The position numbers and the translations under genes were made by a program. 64,000 bases of DNA from Bacillales bacterium UBA5348 (GTDB lineage: Bacteria; Bacillota_I; Bacilli_A; RF39; UBA660), in assembly GCA_002411005.1 (NCBI GenBank), contig DHQC01000013.1:68586-132585 (forward strand). Reading direction: 5' to 3'. Every line of letters begins with the position of its first letter. Position 1 is the stretch's first letter. Under the pieces are notes generated by a model that made no database searches, was not told the origin of the DNA, and saw only the letters and a program-made list of their open reading frames with translations. Below are positions 31,067-42,683 of this stretch, piece after piece.

Positions 31067-32462
31067 AAATTTATGGTTATCGTTACTTATTTTTATTGGA
31101 GTTATGTTTTTGTTGACATGGGTTATCCCTTCAACTAGTTATAATGACTCTGGAGCTTTAGTACTTGGAAACATCAAACCAACAGGTATATGGGATGTGT
31201 TCTATTATTTATCAATGTTACCAGCATGGTTTGGACAAAATTTCATATTTGTATTGATTGTAGGAGTATTCTATGGAGTAATTAATAAAACTGGTGCACT
31301 GAGATCATTAGTAGAAAGAGTTTCTGCATATTTCAAAAAACGCGAAAAATTATTCTTGTTAATAAGCTCAAGTTCATTTATATTGATTGCTGGATTAACT
31401 GGAATTGATTTTCCACTGCTAGTATTTGTTCCATTATTCATGGCTATTATTTTAAAAATGGGATATAGCAAAATAACTGCTTTAGTGGCTACTATTGGTT
31501 CTATCCTAGTTGGTATTATGGGTAGTTTATATTCAGTTACATTATTTTCTGCAATAGCTAGTTATGTAGATGCTGGTATAACGTATGGATGGTATAAGTT
31601 TGGTCTAATAGTTGTTGGATTACTTATTACTGAATTATATTTATATTTCAAGGCTGACATTTTAAAGGGTAAAAATAAAGTAGAACTTAACGAAGAAATG
31701 TTATTTATTGAAAAAGAAGAAGGTTCAAAAACACAAAAGATATGGCCTCTTGTTACGACATTTATTTTAATTTTAGTGTTCTATATTTTAGGGCTAACTC
31801 CTTGGAGTAATATGTATAGCTTCGCTGGATTTGAAAATTTTCATAATTCTTTAATGGAAGTACATATTGGAAACTTTGCCGTATTTAAAAGTTTTCTAGG
31901 TAATAGTTTAGCTTCTTTAGGAACTTGGACTATTGCTGATGCTTGCTCATTAATTTTAATTTTTGCAGCTGTTTTAGTATTAGCTTATAAAGTTAAATGG
32001 GAAGAAGCATATAAAGGAATTATTTCAGGACTTACTAAAATGTTACCAACAGCAATGTTAGTTTTAGTTGCTAGTTTAGCTTTTGTAATAGTTTCACAAT
32101 CAGGAGCTCTTAATACTGTAATCAAAGTGTTAGCAGAAATAACAGAGGGTATAAATGTATTTACATACTCTTTAGCATCGTTTATTGGAGCGGCATTAGT
32201 TAATGACGTTTATATTACTAGTTATATTACAGGTATTTTAAGTACTGTTCTAGGTGAATCTGCTAATATGCCATTGCTAATATTGATTCAACAAGTTATG
32301 TATGGTCTTGCAATGTTAACAGTTCCTACTAGTGTTATTCTATTAGCTGGTTTATCTTACTTAGAAGTTGGATATACAGAATGGTTAAAAAACATCTGGA
32401 AGTTTTTGTTAATCTTAGCAGCAGCGTCTATTCTAATATTAGTTTTAGCAGTTGTTCTATAA
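31056..32462 (+). CDS. polytopic membrane transporter, YfcC/DcuC-like family suspected
   Basis: 468 aa, more than 10 TM helices; family assignment from overall pattern only. Confidence 0.35.
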   Translation: MKNKNLWLSLLIFIGVMFLLTWVIPSTSYNDSGALVLGNIKPTGIWDVFYYLSMLPAWFGQNFIFVLIVGVFYGVINKTGALRSLVERVSAYFKKREKLFLLISSSSFILIAGLTGIDFPLLVFVPLFMAIILKMGYSKITALVATIGSILVGIMGSLYSVTLFSAIASYVDAGITYGWYKFGLIVVGLLITELYLYFKADILKGKNKVELNEEMLFIEKEEGSKTQKIWPLVTTFILILVFYILGLTPWSNMYSFAGFENFHNSLMEVHIGNFAVFKSFLGNSLASLGTWTIADACSLILIFAAVLVLAYKVKWEEAYKGIISGLTKMLPTAMLVLVASLAFVIVSQSGALNTVIKVLAEITEGINVFTYSLASFIGAALVNDVYITSYITGILSTVLGESANMPLLILIQQVMYGLAMLTVPTSVILLAGLSYLEVGYTEWLKNIWKFLLILAAASILILVLAVVL

Positions 32463-32583
32463 TACAAAATTAGTTTAGAATCGTTTTTAAAAAGAAGAAA
32501 GAATATTTCTTCTTTTTTTGTTGATTAAAAAATAGTTATTTAGTTCATTATAAGCATAGGATATCATGAGAGGAGACATATAA

Positions 32584-34890
32584 ATGTTTGGTAAATTTGA
32601 CGAAGATGCTCAAAAAACATTGCTTCTTGCAAAAAAGGAAATGATTGAGTTGAAGCATCCTTATGTTGGTAGTGAACATTTACTTCTTGCATTATTGAAA
32701 TTTGATAATGAAGTTAGTAGGAAATTAAAGGGTTTAGATGTAACTTATAAAGCTTTTAAAAATAAATTAGTATCTGTTATAGGAGTCGGGTCTAAAAAGA
32801 GTGAATGGTTTTTATATACACCATTATTAAAAAGAGTAATAGAGAATGCGGTTATTGATAGTAGGGAAAATAACGCTGGTGAAGTCACGAGTGAGCATTT
32901 ATTTTTTGCTCTCTTAGAAGAAGGCGAAGGTGTTGCAATTAGAATTTTACTTAGTATGAATGTAGATATCGATAAGATTCATAATTCGTTTTCAAAAAAA
33001 ATCATAGGTAAAAAGAAACAGAAGAAGAATTTATTAATTGAAGAGCTTGCAGTCGATATTACAAAGAAAGCAAAAGATGGTGAACTTGATCCTGTCGTTG
33101 GACGTGAAATGGAAATTAGAAGAATTCTTGAAATTCTTTGTCGAAGAACAAAAAATAATCCTTTATTAATTGGCGATGCAGGTGTTGGAAAAACAGCTAT
33201 TGTCGAGGAACTAAGTAGAATGATTATTGACGGAAATGTGCCTGAGGTATTAATGAATAAACGTATTTTATCACTTGATATGGCAACAATGGTTGCGGGA
33301 ACCAAATATCGTGGCGAATTTGAGGAACGAATGAAAAAGTTGTTAACTGAACTAGAAGAAGTGGATGACATAATATTATTTATTGATGAAATCCATACTT
33401 TAGTTGGAGCGGGTGGCGCTGAAGGTGCAATTGATGCTTCAAATATATTCAAACCGGCCCTAGCTCGTAACAAAATAAGATGTATTGGTGCAACTACAAC
33501 AAGTGAATATAAAAAATATATTGAGACTGATGGGGCCCTTGATAGAAGGTTTCAGAAAGTGTATGTTGAAGAACCGAGTGAAAACACAGTGAAAGAGATA
33601 TTAACTAAATTAAAGAGTACTTATGAAACTTATCACAACGTTCAAGTAGGCGAGGATATCATTGATTTAATAATAAAACTATCAAATAAATATATATATG
33701 ATCGTAATCAGCCGGATAAAACAATTGATATAATGGACGAGGTATGTGCCAGGGTATCTCTCCAACAAACTACTAACGGTAAACAATTATATAGATTACA
33801 AAAAGAATTAAACAGAGTTAAAATCAATAAGAATAGTTTAATAATAGAACAAGATTTTGATAGTGCGTATGAATATAGAAAAAAAGAAGAAGAATTAATG
33901 GATGAAATAAATAACATGGAATTAAAATTCCTTAATACAAAAACTGTTCGGGAAGTAAAAAAAGAGGATGTAGCGGATGTTATTCATCTTAGAACTAAAA
34001 TTCCAATCTATGAAATCTTAAATAATGATTTAAAAATATTTAAAAATATTAGTAAAGAATTAAAGGGAACTATAATTGGTCAAGATGATGCGATAAAGAC
34101 ATTAATTGATTTAACAAAACGCATAAAGATGGGACTCAAAGACAAAGGTAAATGTTATTCATACCTTTTTTGTGGACCAACTGGTGTTGGAAAAACAGGT
34201 CTTGCTAAAGCTTATGGTAAAGCTTTAGTTGGCGAAAATAATGTTTTGCGATTAGATATGAGTGAGTATTCAGAAGCTCATACAATTAGCAAAATAGTAG
34301 GGGCTCCTCCAGGGTATATTGGTTATGAAGATAATAAAAATGTTTTAGAAAGCATTAGAAATAAGCCGTATTCTGTAATTATATTAGATGAAATAGATAA
34401 AGCCCATCCAACTATTTTTAATTTATTTTTTCAAATTTTGGATGAGTCTTATATAAAGGACGCTAATGATAAAACAATTAGATTTGATAATGTTTTAATC
34501 ATAATGACAACTAATATTGGCTTTAATAAAAATACAGTAGGGTTTAATAATGATGATAATGAAAAAATATTATCTAAGTTGAAACGTAATTTAAGCCCAG
34601 AGTTTGTTAATCGTATTTATAAATATATAATTTTTAATAAATTAAACAAAAAGGAAATTATTAAAATAATTAATAATCGCATCAGGATTTTAAAAGAGCG
34701 TTTTGATAAAATAAATATAAAAATTGATAATCATGTCATCGATGAAGTAGCAGAGTTATCAAATTACAATGATTTTGGAGCTAGAAAGATCGATAAAATA
34801 ATAGAGGATAAAATAGAGGGGATTATTATCGATGCAATAATGAAGAATGAAAAAGAAGTTGTTATTAAAACTGTAAAGGAGTATGTCTAA
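32584..34890 (+). CDS. clpC: ATP-dependent Clp protease ATP-binding subunit, ClpC-like
   Basis: two Clp_N repeats at the N-terminus, two AAA+ modules (GDAGVGKT; GPTGVGKT), 768 aa. Confidence 0.7.
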   Translation: MFGKFDEDAQKTLLLAKKEMIELKHPYVGSEHLLLALLKFDNEVSRKLKGLDVTYKAFKNKLVSVIGVGSKKSEWFLYTPLLKRVIENAVIDSRENNAGEVTSEHLFFALLEEGEGVAIRILLSMNVDIDKIHNSFSKKIIGKKKQKKNLLIEELAVDITKKAKDGELDPVVGREMEIRRILEILCRRTKNNPLLIGDAGVGKTAIVEELSRMIIDGNVPEVLMNKRILSLDMATMVAGTKYRGEFEERMKKLLTELEEVDDIILFIDEIHTLVGAGGAEGAIDASNIFKPALARNKIRCIGATTTSEYKKYIETDGALDRRFQKVYVEEPSENTVKEILTKLKSTYETYHNVQVGEDIIDLIIKLSNKYIYDRNQPDKTIDIMDEVCARVSLQQTTNGKQLYRLQKELNRVKINKNSLIIEQDFDSAYEYRKKEEELMDEINNMELKFLNTKTVREVKKEDVADVIHLRTKIPIYEILNNDLKIFKNISKELKGTIIGQDDAIKTLIDLTKRIKMGLKDKGKCYSYLFCGPTGVGKTGLAKAYGKALVGENNVLRLDMSEYSEAHTISKIVGAPPGYIGYEDNKNVLESIRNKPYSVIILDEIDKAHPTIFNLFFQILDESYIKDANDKTIRFDNVLIIMTTNIGFNKNTVGFNNDDNEKILSKLKRNLSPEFVNRIYKYIIFNKLNKKEIIKIINNRIRILKERFDKINIKIDNHVIDEVAELSNYNDFGARKIDKIIEDKIEGIIIDAIMKNEKEVVIKTVKEYV

Positions 34891-34987
34891 AAATGTCATT
34901 TAAACAAAATTTTCTACACTAATTATGAAATCTTGCTTCAAGATATTGTCTTACTATTTTTTTAGAGTTATAATGAAGAAGAGCTAA

Positions 34988-36643
<1,656 letters not shown>

Positions 36644-36740
36644 AAACTGTATAAAAAAGTTTCAAAAACATATCATTAATTAGAGTAAGTATTGCAAAAA
36701 AATTATTTTGATGATATTCTTAAAATAGGAGGAAGAATAA

Positions 36741-37442
36741 ATGGGAGATATTTTTAATGAAATGGTGATATTTTTAGAAGACTATTATGTCTATGTAATA
36801 GGCGTTGGTTTAATTATTGTTTTGATGCTAATTGGTTTTTTAGCTAGTAGCAAAAAATCAAGGAAGGAATCAGGCGAAGGAGAAACAATGGCCAATATTA
36901 ATGATGTTAATACTGGTAGTATAAATGATGTAGCTAATACGTTACAAAATGACAATATGCAACCTGTTGATGTTGTTACGTTTCCAGAAACGAACAATTT
37001 AGACGTTAATGTTAATCCAAGTGAAACGGAGATAAATCAACTAGCTGGGAATGTTGAATCAAGCGTACAACAACCTGTTGAACCAATTGCGCCGCAACCT
37101 GTTGAGCTAACATCTATATTTGAGCAAAAAGAAGTTGAACCAGTTGCTCCAGCTATAGATCCAGTTAGTATTATATCAACTGACACTGCTCCACTTATTC
37201 CTACACCGGGTGTGGATAATGTGGATACTAAGCCAATAGTTGAAGAAATTACACCAATTAATGAAAATAATTTTGATAAAACTGAAATTATTGATTTGTC
37301 GACGGTACAACCAGAAAAATCTGTCGAGGTTAAACCTACTGATTTTACACCTTTTGTTGTTAATAACCCCCAAAATGCTGAAACTGATAGTATTTTGAAC
37401 GGTGAAACAAGTCCTATTGATAAACCTGAAAACCAACAATAA
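36741..37442 (+). CDS. membrane-anchored low-complexity acidic, Pro/Val-rich protein, unknown function
   Basis: one N-terminal TM helix then 200 aa of D/E/P/V/N-rich sequence; no recognisable domain. Confidence 0.4.
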   Translation: MGDIFNEMVIFLEDYYVYVIGVGLIIVLMLIGFLASSKKSRKESGEGETMANINDVNTGSINDVANTLQNDNMQPVDVVTFPETNNLDVNVNPSETEINQLAGNVESSVQQPVEPIAPQPVELTSIFEQKEVEPVAPAIDPVSIISTDTAPLIPTPGVDNVDTKPIVEEITPINENNFDKTEIIDLSTVQPEKSVEVKPTDFTPFVVNNPQNAETDSILNGETSPIDKPENQQ

Positions 37443-37575
37443 TTATTCAAAAAGTTCTTAATTAAGAACTTTTTTATTTTACTATAATTAGACTCCTTAT
37501 TATACTTTTAGATATTATTTTTCTATTTTATGTGGTATAATTTTTATGTAGAAATATATTATACAGGAGGATATT

Positions 37576-38397
37576 ATGACCATAGATTTTATTGTCTCAA
37601 CCCTTATGAAAATTATAGATGTTGCATTAGTGTGGTATTTTTTATACTATATATTTAAGAATGTACGTAACAATGTTAAAATGAGTTTGTTATTTAAAGG
37701 AATTTTGTTTATTTTAATTGTTAAACTTGTAAGTGACTGGCTAGGTTTAGTTACAATTGGATTATTGCTTGAATATGTTATTATGTGGGGACCATTAGCT
37801 TTAATAATAATCTTCCAACCGGAGATTAGGAATGTTTTAGAGCAATTAGGTAAGACACAATTACTTGGCAGACATAAAGTTCTTAGCGTTGGTGAACGTG
37901 AAAAGCTAGTTCACGAAATAACTCTTGCAGTCGAATATTTAAAAAAGACACGTATTGGTGCTTTAATTGTTATAGAACGTGATGTTAGTTTAAGAGATTA
38001 TATTGAAAGATCAAAGAAGATTTATGCGGATATAACTAGTGAGTTATTAATAGCTATATTTTTCCCAAATAACCCATTACACGATGGTGGTGTTATTATT
38101 CAGGGTGATAGAATTAGTTGTGCCGGGGCTGTTTTTCCGACAAGCGTTGATATGAAGATTGTTAAACGTCTTGGAACAAGACATAGAGCTGCTTTAGGCA
38201 TAAGTGAAGAAACGGATTGTATCTCAATTATTGTTTCTGAAGAGACAGGTCGTATTTCTATCGCTAGTAATGGTGAATTAAATTATAATCTAACTATTGA
38301 TGACTTTACTGAAATTCTTCTTGATGAGTTAAAACCCAAAAATGACATCGTGGTTGAAGAAGAAGTGGAGGGCATAAACGATGAAGATAATCAATAA
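37576..38397 (+). CDS. cdaA: diadenylate cyclase CdaA (DisA_N/DAC domain)
   Basis: 3 TM then DAC motifs (LHDGGVIIQG, RHRAALG). Confidence 0.9.
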   Translation: MTIDFIVSTLMKIIDVALVWYFLYYIFKNVRNNVKMSLLFKGILFILIVKLVSDWLGLVTIGLLLEYVIMWGPLALIIIFQPEIRNVLEQLGKTQLLGRHKVLSVGEREKLVHEITLAVEYLKKTRIGALIVIERDVSLRDYIERSKKIYADITSELLIAIFFPNNPLHDGGVIIQGDRISCAGAVFPTSVDMKIVKRLGTRHRAALGISEETDCISIIVSEETGRISIASNGELNYNLTIDDFTEILLDELKPKNDIVVEEEVEGINDEDNQ

Positions 38398-39736
38398 AAT
38401 TAAATCCATTTTTAAAGGCATCGGTCATTTTATAGATCGATATATCATTGTCCCAATTACTAAATTTGCATTATTTATAAAAGACGGCTTTTCTACTGAT
38501 AATAAAAAATTAGAGAAAGTAATAAATAGAAAAAGCAGCTTATTAATACTTACTTTAATTCTTGCAATTGGAACATTTATTGCGGTTGATTCTAAGTCTA
38601 TAGAGATGATTGAGACATCAGCTGAAGTATTATATAATCAACCAGTCATAGTACAGTATAATGAGGAAGCATATGTTTTGGAAGGTGTTCCAGAAAAAGT
38701 AGATATCACATTAATTGGTCGAAATTCTGATTTATATTTAGCAAAGCAAATTTCAGTTCATGAAATAATTCTTGATTTATCAGGCTTAAAACCCGGTGTT
38801 CATAAAGTTGCTTTAAAATATAAAAGAGCGCTTGATACAATTGACTATAAATTAGACCCTTCTGTTGTAACGGTCACAATATATCCGAAAATTTCAGAGG
38901 CTAGGTCTGTTTATTCTGATTTATTAAATACTGATAACCTTGATTCTAAATTGGTTCTCGAAAAAGTCGAACTAGAACGTGATGAGGTTATTGTAAAAGA
39001 ATCAGAAGAAACTATTAAAGAAGTATCAACAATAAAAGCGTTAATTGATGTTAATAATTTTGTTGATCCTAAGGTTGGAAACTTAGAATTAAGAGATATA
39101 CCTTTAATTGCTTATGATCAAACTGGTAATGTTATTGATGTTGAGATTGTACCATCAAAGATAAATGCTATAATCACAATCACATCACCACAAAAAACAG
39201 TTCCAATTAAATTTGTTCCAACTGGTACATTGAACTTTGGAAAGGCGATAAGTACTATTAGCGGTAACATTAATGAACTTACGATTTACGGAAAAACCGA
39301 AGTCCTAGAAGGCATTTCAAATGTTCAAGTTGAAATACCTGTTAATGGGTTAAAAGAAAGCAAGACTTATAATTTAACAATTAAAAGACCAATTGGTGTT
39401 GGTTATATGAGTGAAGCAGTAGCGAATGTTGAAGTTACTGTTGGTGATGAATCAACAATAGAGTTAAATAATATCGATGTGGAATATGAAAACTTAGGTA
39501 GTAATTACACGGTTAATGCTAAATCAGCAGAGGATCGTAGTATTCCTGTAATTGCTAAGGGTGTTGAATCTGTAATTCAAGCTTTAGATCCTACTACTAT
39601 AAGAGCTTATGTTGATCTTAAAGGTTATGGTGTTGGCGAACATGAAGTAGATGTAATGGTCGAAAGAACTGATTTACGTGTAAATTATGTTCCAAAGGTT
39701 AAAAAAGTAACTTTGGTAATTAATGCTAAAAAATAA
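38381..39736 (+). CDS. cdaR: CdaA regulatory protein CdaR (YbbR-like repeats)
   Basis: N-terminal TM plus repeated YbbR-like beta domains; overlaps the cdaA stop. Confidence 0.8.
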   Translation: MKIINKIKSIFKGIGHFIDRYIIVPITKFALFIKDGFSTDNKKLEKVINRKSSLLILTLILAIGTFIAVDSKSIEMIETSAEVLYNQPVIVQYNEEAYVLEGVPEKVDITLIGRNSDLYLAKQISVHEIILDLSGLKPGVHKVALKYKRALDTIDYKLDPSVVTVTIYPKISEARSVYSDLLNTDNLDSKLVLEKVELERDEVIVKESEETIKEVSTIKALIDVNNFVDPKVGNLELRDIPLIAYDQTGNVIDVEIVPSKINAIITITSPQKTVPIKFVPTGTLNFGKAISTISGNINELTIYGKTEVLEGISNVQVEIPVNGLKESKTYNLTIKRPIGVGYMSEAVANVEVTVGDESTIELNNIDVEYENLGSNYTVNAKSAEDRSIPVIAKGVESVIQALDPTTIRAYVDLKGYGVGEHEVDVMVERTDLRVNYVPKVKKVTLVINAKK

Positions 39737-39878
39737 TAATTGCTTTGGAAGAGGAATATAATATAGTTATATTCCTTTTTAATGTTGAAAAGAGATTAAA
39801 CTACATTTGATAAATCAATTACATTTCCTATATATCTTAAAAAGGGGGCGTTTATCACTGAATTTGATACATTTTAAT

Positions 39879-39982
39879 TGACAACCTCTATAATTTCTAG
39901 TAAAATTCAAGTTGGTACATTTATAAAAACCCCACATAGGTGGATTGCCGGGTCCGCTTATATGAATGGAAGGAGATAAAGA
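39879..39982 (+). promoter_or_regulatory. rplM promoter and 5' leader (possible L13 ribosomal-protein leader)
   Basis: ttgaca-17-taaaat promoter, then a structured ~75-nt leader (ccccacataggtgg...ccgggtccgc) before the rplM RBS. Confidence 0.35.
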
Positions 39983-40414
39983 ATGAGAACGTTCATGCAA
40001 AGAAAAGAAGATATAGCTCGAAACTGGTATGTAATTGATGCTAATGGACTTCCTTTGGGTCGTTTGGCATCAAAGGTTGCTCATACGTTACGAGGTAAAC
40101 ATAAAGCTGTTTTTACACCTCATGTTGATTGTGGTGATTTTGTCATTGTTATTAATGCTTCAAAAGTTAATTTAACAGGTTCAAAATTAGATAAGAAAAT
40201 TTACTATAATCATAGTGGATATCCTGGTGGCTTAAGAGAAAGAACTGCTAGAGTTATGAGAGATAAATATTCTACAGAAATGATTGAAAGAGCTGTAAAA
40301 GGAATGCTACCTAACGGTAGGCTTGGTAGACAAATGTATAAAAAATTATTTGTTTATGAAGATGAAAATCATCCTCATGTAGCCCAACAACCTGCAGTAT
40401 TAAATTTAAAGTAA
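39983..40414 (+). CDS. rplM: 50S ribosomal protein L13
   Basis: 143 aa; NWYVIDA..LGRLAS N-terminus. Confidence 0.9.
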   Translation: MRTFMQRKEDIARNWYVIDANGLPLGRLASKVAHTLRGKHKAVFTPHVDCGDFVIVINASKVNLTGSKLDKKIYYNHSGYPGGLRERTARVMRDKYSTEMIERAVKGMLPNGRLGRQMYKKLFVYEDENHPHVAQQPAVLNLK

Positions 40415-40427
40415 GGAGATAAATATA

Positions 40428-40847
40428 ATGGTAGAAAAGAAAGTTTATATAGGTACTGGTCGTCGTAAGAGCTCAGTTGCTAGAGTAAGAATGACTCCTG
40501 GCAAAGGTAAAATTATAATTAATGGAAAAGATGTAAATGAATATTTACCTTTCCCAACATTAGTAATGGATTTGATGCAACCTTTAGAAGTTACTGGTAC
40601 AAGAGATCAATTTGATATCGAAGTAGATGCTTTTGGTGGTGGTTTTTCTGGTCAAGCAGGAGCAACTCGTTTAGGAATAGCTAGAGCATTAATGGATTTT
40701 GATAGTCCTAATGATGCAACTCGTGAAGATTCTTTTAGACGTATATTAAAAGCTCATGGTTTTATTACCAGAGATGCTCGTGTTAAAGAACGTAAAAAGT
40801 ACGGTTTGAAAAAAGCTCGTCGCGCACCTCAATTCTCAAAACGATAA
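40428..40847 (+). CDS. rpsI: 30S ribosomal protein S9
   Basis: 139 aa; C-terminal ...[12 protein letters not shown]. Confidence 0.9.
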   Translation: MVEKKVYIGTGRRKSSVARVRMTPGKGKIIINGKDVNEYLPFPTLVMDLMQPLEVTGTRDQFDIEVDAFGGGFSGQAGATRLGIARALMDFDSPNDATREDSFRRILKAHGFITRDARVKERKKYGLKKARRAPQFSKR

Positions 40848-40850
40848 TTT

Positions 40851-40877
40851 TAAGCACTTTAAGTGCTTTTTTTGTTT
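40851..40877 (+). terminator. rho-independent terminator after rpsI
   Basis: aagcactttaagtgctt hairpin + T7. Confidence 0.7.
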
Positions 40878-40921
40878 ACTAATAAATTTATATATTTCAT
40901 ATAATTATAATAGGTGATTTA

Positions 40922-41584
40922 GTGAAACAATATAAAGCATTAATTGTTATTTTTTTAATTATTTCTATATTTCTAATGAATAAAGTTAATGGTTATATAA
41001 ATGAGCTACCATTGTTAGGAAAAGTTATTTATATCGATCCTGGTCATGGTGGGGTAGACCCTGGTGCAAATTATAAAAACATCTTAGAGAAGGACATTAA
41101 TTTAGAAATAAGTAAAACATTATCAACGTTATTAATAGAAAAGGGTGCGATTGTTTATCTTACAAGAGAGGATGACTATGATTTGTCACCACCCCATGCT
41201 TATTTAAGAAAACGTAGTGATTTATCAAGGCGAGTTAAACTTATTAACGAGTCTTTGTGTGACGTTTATTTATCTATTCATTTAAACGCAACACTTTCAA
41301 CAACTTGGAGAGGTGCACAAGTCTTTTATGATGATGTCAACAACCAAAATATTATCCTTGGTGAAAAAATACAAGAAAGTTTCAAAAAAAATCTTGGTTC
41401 TAAACGAAAATTAAAAAGAATAAGCGATTTATATATGTATAAAGATGTTGATAGACCCGGGGTTTTATTAGAGGTGGGTTTTTTGTCGAATCAAAATGAG
41501 CGTTATATATTAAGAAAACCATATTATCAAAAGAGAATATCAAATGCTATTGTAGAGGGGTTAATTAGTTATTTTGATAAATAA
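40922..41584 (+). CDS. cwlD: N-acetylmuramoyl-L-alanine amidase CwlD-like (Amidase_3)
   Basis: 220 aa, N-terminal TM, IDPGHGGVDPGA motif; sits after rpsI exactly as cwlD does in Bacillus. Confidence 0.75.
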   Translation: MKQYKALIVIFLIISIFLMNKVNGYINELPLLGKVIYIDPGHGGVDPGANYKNILEKDINLEISKTLSTLLIEKGAIVYLTREDDYDLSPPHAYLRKRSDLSRRVKLINESLCDVYLSIHLNATLSTTWRGAQVFYDDVNNQNIILGEKIQESFKKNLGSKRKLKRISDLYMYKDVDRPGVLLEVGFLSNQNERYILRKPYYQKRISNAIVEGLISYFDK

Positions 41585-41613
41585 AAAGCGATTCCTTCTG
41601 GAACCGTTTTTGT

Positions 41614-42171
41614 TTATAGACCTTTTGCTTTATATTCTTTATATAAATCTAAAAATCTTTCGAAATGTATTATCTCCCTTTGCCTTAAAAAGGATAGTGG
41701 TGCAATGACATCGGGGTCGTTTGTAAGATTAATTAGATTCTCATATACAGCTCTTGCTTTTTGCTCTGCTGCCATATCTTCAACTATATCTGCAATAGGG
41801 TCGCCCGTTGTTGCAAAATAAGCTACTGTAAAAGGCACACCATTAGCATCTGTTGGGTAAATAGCATTTCCATGTTCAGCATAATGTGATCCTATTCCAG
41901 CTTCTTTTAGCTCCTCGGGGGTGGCACCTTTCATAAGTTGATAAGCCATAGCAGAAATCATTTCAACATGAGCTAATTCTTCAGTAGCTATATCGGTAAG
42001 CACAGCTTTTCCCTTTTCATTAGGCATTGTATATCTTTGATTTAGGTATCTTAGAGCAGCAGCTAATTCACCATTGCTGCCACCGTATTGAGTGATCAAA
42101 TACTTTGCCATCTTTAAATCCTTATTTCTAATATTTACTGGATATTCCAGTTTTTTTTCGTATTTCCACAT
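41614..42171 (-). CDS. cotJC: spore coat protein CotJC (manganese-catalase-like)
   Basis: 185 aa; ferritin-like Mn-catalase motifs (EELAHVEMI, HYAEHG). Confidence 0.8.
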   Translation of the reverse strand: MWKYEKKLEYPVNIRNKDLKMAKYLITQYGGSNGELAAALRYLNQRYTMPNEKGKAVLTDIATEELAHVEMISAMAYQLMKGATPEELKEAGIGSHYAEHGNAIYPTDANGVPFTVAYFATTGDPIADIVEDMAAEQKARAVYENLINLTNDPDVIAPLSFLRQREIIHFERFLDLYKEYKAKGL

Positions 42172-42172
42172 A

Positions 42173-42613
42173 TTAATTCACCTCCCATGGCCATGGGGAT
42201 GATATCCAAGCCCACGGATATGAATTTAATGTTTCACTTTCTAAAGAAAGTGGACCATATCTATTTTCATACTCGTTTCTTGTATTTTTGTATTGTGTCA
42301 TGCTTTGATTGAAGGCTCTTATTTTTTCCCCGTCCTGTGGATGGGTATCGAGATATAAACCTAAGTCAATCACTGAAAAATCGTATTCTCTAACTTTATT
42401 CAAAAGTGCTTCTCGTTCGTCTCTTGGATTTAAATTAAAAGGTTCCCCAGCTATATAAGGTTCGTATAAATCAGTAAATATATTTCCTCTAATAAATCCT
42501 TCGTAGGAATTAGTTATATTTGGACTATGTTGGTTACTAGTTGGAAGTAAATATTTATTTGTATTCCTTGGTATCAAATAGTCATTTTGATTATAATTTG
42601 AATAATTATACAT
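42173..42613 (-). CDS. fused CotJA-CotJB spore coat protein
   Basis: N-terminal EGFIRGNIFTDLYEPY (CotJA-like) and C-terminal FSVIDLGLYLDTHPQD (CotJB) in one 146-aa ORF directly upstream of cotJC. Confidence 0.6.
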   Translation of the reverse strand: MYNYSNYNQNDYLIPRNTNKYLLPTSNQHSPNITNSYEGFIRGNIFTDLYEPYIAGEPFNLNPRDEREALLNKVREYDFSVIDLGLYLDTHPQDGEKIRAFNQSMTQYKNTRNEYENRYGPLSLESETLNSYPWAWISSPWPWEVN

Positions 42614-42683
42614 TATAATCCTCCTTCAAATTATACTATGTTAATCATCCAAGTGTGAACATGGCAAATATCCTTCTTACAGT

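Noticed and set aside
32979-33473. 164-aa - strand ORF
   Set aside because: Antisense within the clpC-like gene; Ser/Ile-rich low complexity.
37037-37450. 137-aa and 87-aa - strand ORFs
   Set aside because: Antisense to the low-complexity acidic protein gene, whose repetitive composition creates open antisense frames. The + strand ORF has the RBS and an N-terminal TM helix.
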